The notes beneath the pieces are model-generated. The model was given only the letters and a program-made list of their open reading frames with translations, made no database searches and was not told the origin of the DNA. From contig NMRA01000178.1 in assembly GCA_002633005.1 (NCBI GenBank), positions 696,410-760,409 of the forward strand: DNA of 64,000 nt, given 5' to 3'. Positions 37,801-49,800 of this stretch are shown here, piece after piece. This DNA comes from Phoronis australis (taxonomy: Eukaryota > Animalia > Phoronida). The position numbers and the translations under genes are program-made. The stretch's first letter is position 1; every line of letters starts with the position of its first letter.

Positions 37801-40800
37801 CAGCTCTCTTTCCAGGGCCAGAACGCTGGTCTTTGGATGTGAAGTCAACTCCTCCGGCCTCGCGGGCCGACGGTCGGTCTCCAACTCCAGGTGCTTCTCA
37901 AGGAAATTAATCCTTTCTTCATACTGATACTGAAACCAATAACATACTAATTACCCAATGCATTGAAGTCAGATGACTAACTCCAGCAGAGTGAGCTAAG
38001 AAGACTCAATTCTTTAACCTACGATTAAACTGAGTATAAAAGTAGCATTAAACCTGTGCTCTCTATCAAAAACAAAGTTTGCATTTTGGCCACCGACCAT
38101 AAATTTACAAATTTGATCTCAAATTGTTCCTTACTCAAATGATGAATGATTTCCAAGATATGGAACTAACAGTTCGTTACTTCTTCAGATGAGCTTCGTC
38201 TGAAGAAATAACTAATTGTCATTTCTTCCCGAGATAAAAGATCACTTCTAAACTGAGTAAGAAACAAAACAAGACCAAATGTACACTGTTATAACTTACA
38301 GTAGGTGGCCTAAATGAAAACATGGCTTTTCATAGACAGCTCAGGTTTAATGCCACTTCAAGTGAATTCCTCCTCAACCTCATCAGAGGCTATGAAGTTT
38401 TAGGTTCATTGTTAGTAACTCCATATTCAGTTCTGAATCATCCTTCTTCACTGGATTGTGTAGATTGAACATGTTGGAGCCTAGATAACTGCCACACCCT
38501 TTTCTATGACTGGCAGAAGCAATCCCATACTTTGCTGTTCACATAGATGTGAGCATGATGGCTGAGTGTCTGAGAATGTTTCACAATATCGCACATTCAT
38601 CTGCCTGCTTACTATGGTGAACAGTTCTAAGTATGAACAACATAAAAATGTGACTTGAGTTGGATAATCATATTTACTCATTGTTATTATTTTGTTTAAT
38701 ATAAATAATTTAATTGTAACAACTAGTAGTCAACTGTGACATAAGCGAGACATTAGTGGCAAGATTTGAATATCCATGCGCATGCCATGGGAATAGCATT
38801 TGAATACAGACCTTACTACACCAAGACTAGCCTAGGCAAGGTGCTTTACCCCACCCAAGTAACAAGTCAAGCCTATTCATAAAGGTATGCCCAAGTTAAT
38901 TGAGCATGTAATTCTGTGTTAGAAAATAGTGCGACTGTAATTATTTCCACCCGTCCAGTAGATCTTCTTGCATTGGAAACAGAAAGGGTGTGGTAATGCA
39001 CTGTCTGTATGTGATAGGGGATGGGGGTGTAAGGCAACTAACTTATAAGTCACGGGGAACAATGCATTGCCCTTCAAGATTAGAAATTGAAATTCTGCGC
39101 TGCCACAATAGTAATATATACCATGAAAGTTTTATGGCCTTTGAACCATGAAAGTGCTGGATCTTGCCAAACGACTGGATGTCTTAAATTCATTGACAAG
39201 TGAGCAGCAGACGTTAAACTGAACCAAGATGGCGCTACCTTTATTGCAGTATACTTCTGCTCCATGGCCCTCAGTTCTCTCTTTGTTTCCTCATCTTTTT
39301 CCTCCAATTCTTGTTCCAACTTCCTGTTTCTATTTTCCAAGAACTCCACAGTCTTTGTAGTTGTCTGCTGTCCGTCAGGCACCATACCCGCAGCCCAGAT
39401 GAGAGCGGGCAAAGAGTTGGGGTGCCTCTTCTTAATGATAGTTTCCATTTCTCTCACCTGGAATTGTCATGTGACGTTGCCGTCAAATGACCTTATATAG
39501 GCAAAGTCATTTTTTTCGTGATCAGTAATGTGAAAGTAATGTAAAGTCAAATAAACTGACTCTATCTCACGGAAACTAAACACTTTTTCCAGGATGTTAA
39601 CAACACAAATGTTTGACAAATAACCTGCGTAACCAGGTGTACCTGGATAGTTATGAGCGGGTCCCTTGCCCATTTCAGTACATGGCCACCGAAGCGAGAG
39701 GCCTCCAGAAAATGTTCATTCTGACATTGATACAAAAACACATTCCTCCAGACTGTTCAAAACACAGTCGGACAGATTTTACACAAAAGCAACTGTGCAG
39801 TACCTTTTTAATTAAGGGCAAGATCTCTTAAGCTAATTTACATGGCCACAACAAGATAAATTCAAAAGTACACTTCAAAAACATTTACCAGAAGAAAAGA
39901 ATTAGTCACATCAAGATCAGTTCAATACCTGTCTTTTCAAGTCTAAGATCTGCTTGGCATCCGTTTCTTTCTGTTTTGCCTTTGTCTTCTGTTCAACTAC
40001 TTGGCTGCCATGCTGAAAACAATCGTCTCAAATTACACAATAACTTCTGGCTCACCATAACACGAACCAGATTCTATATCATTAGAGTCAGGTGAATATC
40101 TCTGACATCAGGTTTACTATTGTGCAATCAAGGATGTGGTAACAACCAGATGATGAACTCAGGTTGTGATCACCATGCCCACTGTTCATAATGTCACTCA
40201 TGTGATCACCATGCCCACTGTTCATAATGTCACTCATGTGATCACCATGCCCACTGTTCATAATGTCACTCAAGCAGAACACTTAGCTTACAACTGTTAT
40301 TAAAATCTCTTGGTCTATTTACACCGACCTCTAGTTCATATACATTGTAACGTTTCGACGATGGCCGGAGAAGATGCCGACTGAAACGATAGTGTATATA
40401 GACTAGAGGTCGGTGTAAATAGACCAAGAGATTTTAATAATAGTTGTGATACGCCACCACCTCAGAGTGGTTTTAGGAAGTCAACACTTTGCTTGTTTAC
40501 CTAAAACTTCAATTTTGTATCTCACAAAACTTAGTCATCCAAAAAGGAGCAGCATGCAATTGAAATAATTGAATAGCAATTTAGCTGAGAAAAATAAATA
40601 GAAAATGAGAGAAATAAGTGACATTAATTTTTGAAATGCTGAAACATGTATACACATCAGATAGCAGCTTTGTATCTATCATAGCAATCTTTCAAAATGA
40701 CCTCGTTTTCCGTACACCAGACTCCATTGCTTAGAGTCTGGGTTCGAGTTAAAATGACACAATGTTTTATGACAAAAACCAGGAGAGCAGTTTATGAAAG

Positions 40801-43800
40801 TCATGATGGCTGCCCTAACATTGGTAGATGTTTCAGTCTTGAAAAATCAAAAAAGCGACATCCTCCATTCAACTATAATTATTGTTACACAAGACCACAA
40901 CAAAATAAAAATTATTTATTCAGTCATCTACTGTCACCAGAGACAGAAATGTGTCAATCACATGAAACTACCACCCACCTCCTTTTCAAGGGTGTCGATG
41001 TATCTTTTAAGTTTTCGTATTTCAGCATTCTTTCCTTTCAGCAGTTCGTTATCACGGTCCAGTATTTCTTGGTTCTCTGCGTACCACTTCAGTTTCTTGT
41101 TCAGCCTGTCAAGTTCAACTTCATACCTCTGCTGGATTTCCTAGAACAACAAATTTTAACAGAATAACGTTTCAACCAACTACAAAGTACTCCCAGACAA
41201 CACAATCATTCTTTGCCAATGAAATAATTTAGAAGGCAGCAATGAAATCACGAGATCTATGTAGTCTACTCACAGTAATCACAACGTGACTAGGGAATGA
41301 AATCAGCATATCTTTTTACTTAAAGGGGCATTTCCGTGCAGTTCAGCTGTCAATGTTGAATTCTTAACAAAAGTGCTTTCAATGGTGTTATTACCTTCAT
41401 TGAATTGTTGCCGAATGAGCCGGTAACTCAAGTGGCATGTGCCATTTTCGAATTCATAATATAAGGTTAGCCAACCCCCATCAACTCTATAGCGATTTGA
41501 TGTTCTTGTTGAAAATGGTAATGTATAAGCCATCTCACTTCACCTGTAACTCCTGAGCTCTGGCAGCTTTATTGTACTCATCTCTGTCACTCTCCCTCTC
41601 CCTGCTGTGAATAAGATGGTCTATCTGATCAGATAAGCATTTCTTCTCTGCCTCAAGTTTACTGATAGTCACTTCAAGAGAGTCCACCTTGGCCTGAAGT
41701 ACGACATTGAGAATTTGGGAGTTGGCTACATACGCACAGGGTCACCCAAGACCAGACCAGTGCTAATACCATTTTTTTTGCAAGAAACCGTAAAGCCCCT
41801 TTAATTTCAAATCACATGACTGAACTAGAAGAAATACATAATATATTCCCCTTAAACATCACCTCTAATCTGAGTGAAGAACAAGTTGATATGTTAACAT
41901 TTTATACAATCAGTGGTTCAATACAAAAAAGTTATTTTTTGGCAGAAGATGGGTTTAAAGCGCTGTCTTTTAGATAACATTCACTTACTACAACTAGATG
42001 ATAGATCTGATGTTTACCAACTGGGTCAAATTTTGAAAGACACAATAGCCAAAATCACAAGTTGAAGGTGTCCTTTTGTAAATGTCTACAACCACATGTC
42101 CCCTACCTTGGCTTGTCTCAGTTCCACATTCAACTCTGTAATTCTTCCAGCCCCTAGCACAGCGCTCCCTACAGGGCCTTTAGCAAACTGCTGCTGGGCT
42201 AGGGGGCTTGTTATTATCCCCTGACTTTTTAGTTCAGTCTCCTTCCTATCCAATGCTTGTCTGAAAAAGTAAAGGATTACACTACTTTCATTCACTCCTT
42301 CCCCTCATTATTGTACATTATGACTTTAACAGGTCTTTAATAGACATTCTCCCCATTGCCTTCTGCAGACTCTCCACATTCTTCAACCCCCTATACCATC
42401 TCACTACGCCCTCATTACCTCAGCTGGGTGACTTCAGTAGACAGCTGTAGGCTCTCCCTGAGCATTCTGTCCTCTTGTCACCCTCTGCAGTCTCTCTCCT
42501 TTCTTCAACCCCTAGACCGTCTTGCAAACCCCCCATTCACTACGCCCTCATTACCTCAGCTGGGTGACTTCAGCAGACAGTCGTTGGTTCTCCTTGAACA
42601 TCTTTTCCTCTGTCACCCTTTGCAGACTCTCTATTCTCTTCATCTCCTTATACAACCTCTCATTCTCCAGTTGGTAACCAGCTATCAGCCTCTCTTGCTC
42701 TCGCATTGTCTTCTCCAACAACTCGTGCTCTTTCTTGGAAACTTCTCCTTCCCCTTTCTCCTTTTCTAAACCTTTTCTATATTCACTCTCACCGGGGTCG
42801 TCTTCAACAACCTTAAAATGTCAAGATAAAAGTATGTTGAATAAGTGCAACGGACACATGTATGTTAAGGTCACCAGACACAGGTACGCTAAGTTCACCA
42901 GACACAGGCATGTCAAGTTGACCAGACACAGGTATGTCAAGTTCACCAGACACAGGTATGTCACGTTCACCAGAAACAGGTATGTCAAGTTCACCCGACA
43001 CAGGTATGTTCAGTTCAACAGACATGTACGTTTAGTCTCACCTACAGACCACTTTCCAAATTGTTGTGCCCAGTGAAAACATCAATGATAAGCAACCCAT
43101 TACAGGTCACTCGGTACATTTGTCTTTCATTAGCATAATGTGCTAGAACTAAGACCACTTACTGTTACAAAATTGGTCTCAAATTGAAGGTACTTTCAAG
43201 GTTTCGAAAGAACTACCAGTTTGTTATTTTTTTCAGACCAAGCTCTTAGCTGTAGGTTATTAGCTCAGTGTGAAAAAATCACAAACTGCCAGTATTCCAG
43301 AGTGCAGCGATCATTTCTGAACTGAGTAAGGAGCACAATAAGGCAAATTGTACAACATTAAGTGCCTTAAATCAAAAATTGTTTTTGACGGCAGGCATAG
43401 CTTTAATGCCACTTTAGGTCCAACGAACTAAATAAGAATCATCAATGCCAAAATATTAATCAATCATCAGGCTACAGGGCAGTGACCTCTGGTGATCATT
43501 TTTTTGTGGTAAGGGGGCACTGTGTGTGGTTGTAGTTTTTGTTCTGTTGTTAGATGCTTGCACATGGTAATAAATTTGCAGCGCAGGGTAAGCAGTTTGA
43601 GGGGGGTAGTAAGAATTCTGTTGCCTGCGGTGAGAAATAGTTTAAACCACCTGAAAAGCATGGCAGTCATTTCCACCCGTGCTGTAAAGTGTTAGAACTT
43701 GTCGCAAGATTCTAACTCTATACCCAGAGTGATAGAGTTAAGAGTAGAGGCAAGATTCACACTCTATAAACAGATGTCTAGAGTTAGGTGTGAAGGCAAG

Positions 43801-46800
43801 ATTGAAACTCCTTATACTCAGATTTTATGGACTTCTGGACCACTACATCACCAACCCACCAATCCAACAAATCTAGCAATAGTTCACTGAATCCTACCTT
43901 TGCTGCCAGGACAAAATTTTCTTGTTTCAATTTTAAAATCTCTTCTTCAAAGCGCAGTCGTTGCTCTTCAAGTCTATTGACGTGTTCCTTCTCTTGGGAA
44001 AACAAATCAGCTGAAACAAGCACAGGGTAATACACATGCAAACTCTGACACAAATAAGCCCATCATACCCATTAATTCAATGCTTAATACAGACAAAAGC
44101 ATCAACAAGTAATTAAATAGGGCCGTCCCGGATTACACAATGATAGAACTCTCCTTTGTCCCGGAGATAAGAAAGCATGTGACCTTGTTTTGTAAATCAG
44201 GCACATTTTTGTGTTTCTCAGGTGTTGGGGAGGCAAAACAATTTCAGATCACGCATTGACGGGTATTTGTCAAGTTTATCAGACTTTCTCAGGTCAGAGT
44301 TGCAGCCCAAAGCATGCAGTAAAATTTCATTGGCATTGGAAGGACGAATAGAATAATGCAACCAAGAAAAACTTGTGCAGACAACAACAAACAACATGTG
44401 AAACTCCAGTGGCATCATAAAGAGGCAGTAAATGTGCCTGATGGATGTTTACGACATTGTGGGTAAATACAGCGAGATTCAAGTGTCGCTGTTTAATCTG
44501 GGGCGGCCCTGTTAAGGACTGAGACTGGTTAACAGCATTAATCAAAAGGATGTCAAGACACCAACAGAGTAACAATTGGCTAGCGTAGAGTACTTCGTCT
44601 ACCTTTCATCTTTGCATGCAGTTTGCGTTCTTCCTGCCATCTCTCCTGCCATTCCTTGACCTCAAGCTGGAGTTCACGCTCCAACATCTTCATTTCACGC
44701 TCGTCTGTGATTGGACGATCTCGATCGTGGATTTGATCTTCGTCCAGTGCTCGTGACCGTGCAGCCTATTCAAGTACAAAGTATTGAATACATCAGCCTG
44801 TGCAGACTTTTTCGTACTGAAACGACTGTCCAAAAATAAATTTCCATCCTGACTGCCGAGACTAAAAAGAATTCACTGTCAGAACAGGGGAAATGAATCA
44901 CACTGCTGTGTACTACACCCACCTAATTCCACTAAACATTAACTCTTTTTCATTTGAAAAAGGGAATTTCCATCAATTCCCTTTCTGTGGAATTTTTTCT
45001 GCCCTATCATTAATATTTTTCATTGCATTTCAGCCCTTCTAACACATTCAGTGCAGAAATTTCTGCACAGAAATGTCTTAAAATCATTTTCTGCACTAGA
45101 GGATGTGTACAAATTTCTGCACTGAATGTGCAGAAATTGATATACAAAAATTTCTGCACTAGGGGATGTGTAGAAATTTCTGCACACGATGCTGCATAAG
45201 ACTGAATTGCAATGGAAAATACTAACTTTAAAGCAAACTGATGGAAATCTTGGGGCACAAAAAGGGAATCAGGGGAAATGCCCATTTAAAATGAAAACGC
45301 TTTTATAGAAATAGGCAAAAAATTAATAGATATTAATAAATCTCTTCTGAACCAGTTTTTCACAAAATATTTTTCAAAATGCAAGAACTGATTACCTATA
45401 CCCAAGTTTAACATTTGAGAGCTTGTCTGTCTGTAATACCGCATTCAGCTAGATACAATAATTGTCAAAAAAGTAGACAATTTGTCTGGATATGTCAAAG
45501 TTATGGGAAAAACAGGCTGATTCTACCAAAAATAACACTGTAAACAATTTAAAATTAGGGAAAAACTTTTGCCTTTGGTTAGAAGTTTCGACACAATTTT
45601 TGACAAAAACAATGACCATGAACTTATTGAAAACTACAACACTGTAGCTTCACTTTTAAGGTTTTCAATGAGCTGTAAGAACCGTCAGTTCCAATTGTCC
45701 GTTACGTCTATTGACTTACACTAGAGGTTTTCTTTGATGGGGGAGTGTTGAAGTGATCTTGAATGTATTCAGCGAACGCCTGGACTGATGCTGTTAACTG
45801 GCTCTCTTTTATCGTAGCCGCGCCACTGGCAGGGGGACGACTCAATACCTGTGTTCCTTTGAAAATGAACAGGTTACAATAAGGGAATATCAAAGGCAAG
45901 CCTGAGAGGACTTCTAAATTAGTTTAGTTCAGGTAAAATATTTGAACACAAGACAACAGCATGGGGAACAAGAGGATATTTATTTCAGTCCTCATTTTTC
46001 AAAACAGTTAGACCATTTTTCAAGTTCTATAGAATGATGTTGTCACTCGACATTTAGCAAAATTGTGGGAATTTTAATGCAAGAAATACATGTACCTGAG
46101 AAATGAATATTAAAAAGTGCATTTTTTTACATTTTTTGCTGAAATTGGTGAGAAATGTTTTACAGAATGAGCTTATAAACTTATTAGTAATGCATCAGAG
46201 CAGGACTTGTGGCGGGCATGTTTCATTTTTTTGAAAACATACTTGGCTAAATTTAAGAATACTTAATCAAATTCTTATTTGAAACGATATACACGATTTT
46301 ATTTCTTATAATGGGAAATGTTAGTTATGGAACACGTCAAGTTACAGCAGGCATGAAATTAAAACCAAAATCATTGTACACTGTCTGCAACAATTCTAAG
46401 CATTGCAAAAACAATGCCATTGTTGGTGATGTCATGAGTCAATAAAGCATGATGTCACGGACGTCTGCCATTTGATTATTGTCTGGCCTATTAATGGTAA
46501 ATAGCACAATGGAGAACATGGACTCAAAGGAGAGCAACCTGCAACAGGGTTATAGCATATCCAAACATTCAGACTTCATGCTGAATAAACAGGAACAGTC
46601 AGAGAGCAATGGTCTGAATGAGACAGGCTGCCAGAAAATCAAACGAATGGTTCGCCAAGCTTTTCAAGTAAGCAATCTAACTGTCTAACAAATGAGCTCT
46701 TTTGCAGGGGGTTAACATTACACAAAACATTTAGTAATTCATCACTGTTTTGTGATAGTTCTACTTCATGAAATTAATGTTCGATTTTTTAAGCATGAAG

Positions 46801-49800
46801 CAACAAGGTAATACTGTATAGCAGCCTGCTGCACAAACACTATCCACTATTAATTAGACATTTTAGAGGGCTATTTCTTTGAAAAAAAGAAATATAATAC
46901 TCCTTTCTTATTCTTATAATAGTTGCTTAATAACCTTCTTTCCTTTATATTCACACAAATTTCTATAAAAACACAACAGGTCAGAGGTTTACAAAACCCT
47001 TAAGGTTATGTGCGACCTTATCGATAAGCCTGACGTGTATTTACTAGCCAAATAACAACAAAACTAAAGAACTTAATCCAGTAAAAGTACATAATATTTT
47101 CTTAAAGTAGCTTGCAGAATTTGACATTTGACTTTTTAATAAACTGACATTAATTGAGTCATGTAACCAGGCTTTTTTCGTAAAATTCAGCAAAAAAGGA
47201 AGTTACATCGATTGCAGAACTACAGTATAATAACATGACCAAATTGCGTCAACTTTTAATTGATAATAAATGTTCAAGATAAAATCTAAACAACACTGCA
47301 ATTTTCTAAACCATCTNAACACTATCCACTATTAATTAGACATTTTAGAGGGCTATTTCTTTGAAAAAAAGAAATATAATACTCCTTTCTTATTCTTATA
47401 ATAGTTGCTTAATAACCTTCTTTCCTTTATATTCACACAAATTTCTATAAAAACACAACAGGTCAGAGGTTTACAAAACCCTTAAGGTTATGTGCGACCT
47501 TATCGATAAGCCTGACGTGTATTTACTAGCCAAATAACAACAAAACTAAAGAACTTAATCCAGTAAAAGTACATATTTTCTTAAAGTAGCTTGCAGAATT
47601 TGACTTTTGACTTTTTAATAAACTGACATTAATTGAGTCATGTAACCATGCTTTTTTCGTAAAATTCAGCAAAAAAGGAAGTTACATCGATTGCAGAACT
47701 ACAGTATAATAACATGACCAAATTGCGCCAACTTTTAATTGATAATAAATGTTCAAGATAAAATCTAAACAACACTGCAATTTTCTAAACCATCTTTAAG
47801 TTTGCGGTTTCAAATTACACAATTTTTTTAGTTAAATGTTTACAAAAATCATAGCCCCTTGTGCAAAAGTGGAAAATTTTGAAACCAATTTCTAACTGCA
47901 TTTTGGAGAAGAGTTCACAAATTATGGTGACTAGAAGTTTAATATGAATCCAATCAGCCATTTCTGAGATATGAAAATTTGTCAAATTTTACCATTTTTC
48001 GAGGTTCCTACATGCTATAACGTTAAGAAAACTGCAATTCATAACATAACAAGAAGGTAGAGTTGGCGTATCAATCACTTCAAAAGTACCATAACAGTAA
48101 CTAGGCTAACCTGCAGTACAACACATTAACTTCTGGTATTGTCATATTTTTATAATCTGCTCCCAGTCTATGACATTTGCAAGCAATTCCATGATCAATC
48201 CAATGAATTTGGTAAAATTGGAGCACAAAATAAAATGCCCAAAGTTGTGCTGAATTACAAAAATTTTACCCCAGAAAAATCTTCAAGGCCATTGGAACTC
48301 AACCTTTCATGACCTTCACTCGCAAATTCAGAGATGACTGCCAAAATGACTAGTAATAACCAAAAATTCCATGGGTTTGTAATCATAATTAAGGGATTAA
48401 TTGTGAAACTGGAAGTACCAGCTGGTTGTAAATAGGAGGAAGTTGCAGCCCCCCTATTTTCGATTAGGTGTTACTTCCGGTTTCACAGTGGAAGAACAGT
48501 CACGTGATCAAGGGCCTGAGCTGCAGGCTTGAAACGTTATGCTTAGCTAACTAAATGCCTCCTAGTAAGTAATTTTTCTCGTTTATACCATAATCACAGG
48601 AGACAGCGATGAACATTTTAACTATAAACTAATTTTGTAAGTTATAAAATATAGAAACAAGTCACAACATTTGACCCGGGTACAAAGAGTAAAGTTGCGT
48701 GACCTTACATATTCTAACAATAGTCATGGTAGAAACATTGCCCATCAAATGCCAATGACCTCATGTGAAGAAACAAGTGTGAAATTTTTTATAAAATCGT
48801 GTTTAGCTTTAATTCCAAATAATCCAGAAAAAACAAGGATTCAGCAACTTCAATTAGCCAAGAACTAAAAACATTTTATAAGCTTTTCAAAAATCCTTTC
48901 AGGCTTATACTTAAACCAATTACAAGCAAGCATGAATGTCAAGCTACCTTTGGAAGCCAGCAATCGCAACATTTCGCACTGGAAATGTTAAACTCATCTC
49001 CCCACAACAGCCCAACATTAGATTTAATTTCCAAAATGTTTATCTTAGGGACGTTACTTTTCCCATGTCATTCAAGTCTTCCCTTCTTTTTTCATACACT
49101 CAGAAGATTTAATACTTGGCTTTCATTTACAGGGGCGGAGGTCAGGGCAGAGTATTAGCCAGGATTTTGCCCGTCAGACATTCGCACCTTCGAACTGCCA
49201 AATGGAATCTGATCAACACCACACACCGTGCACTTCGCAACCCATAAGACACCCCAGGTTAACCCGGGTTGGTTACACTGACTGACTTCTCAAAGCCAAC
49301 TGAAACTGCCAAGTGGTGGTCTACCATTACAATCAAAACGCTTGGCAGCACTTACAATGTATTGATTAGTTTTAAACAGAGTCTGATGATTTTTCCTACT
49401 TTCAGGCTTCTGACAAGTACTCAACAGCTTCGAGAAGACTGTTCAAAAGTAAAGTGGCCCTGGAGCAGGAGAAAGAACTGCATGAGATGGCCAGCACCAT
49501 AGACCAGTATCTAGTGCATCCATTCAGCATCCTAAGGCTTGTCTGGGAGATAATCATGATCATGTGTATCCTTCTCTACCTGTGCCTCACGCCCCTACGG
49601 GTAGTCTACCATGGAACCAAAAACACGGAGTCTACCCGGACTTGGGTGGTGATGTGTTACATCTTACAGGCAATGCTGTGGTTTGACATTATCATTAATT
49701 TCAGGTCCGGTTACCTAGAAGATTACACACGCAAGGTCATTATGCAGTCTAAAGTGGTCGTCATTCACTACTTGAAGACCAGTTTTCCCGTCGACTTCAT

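Noticed and set aside
40165-40272. 36-bp repeats as a CRISPR-like array
   Set aside because: Head-to-tail copies with no spacers, in a eukaryotic intron.
42735-43076. Repetitive ORFs (KFTRHRYV / IPVSGELD)
   Set aside because: Translations of a 24-bp intronic minisatellite; no splice or start support.
46836-47795. 480-bp tandem duplication as a biological event
   Set aside because: About 99% identical copies joined by a single N are typical of unmerged contig overlap or allelic redundancy.
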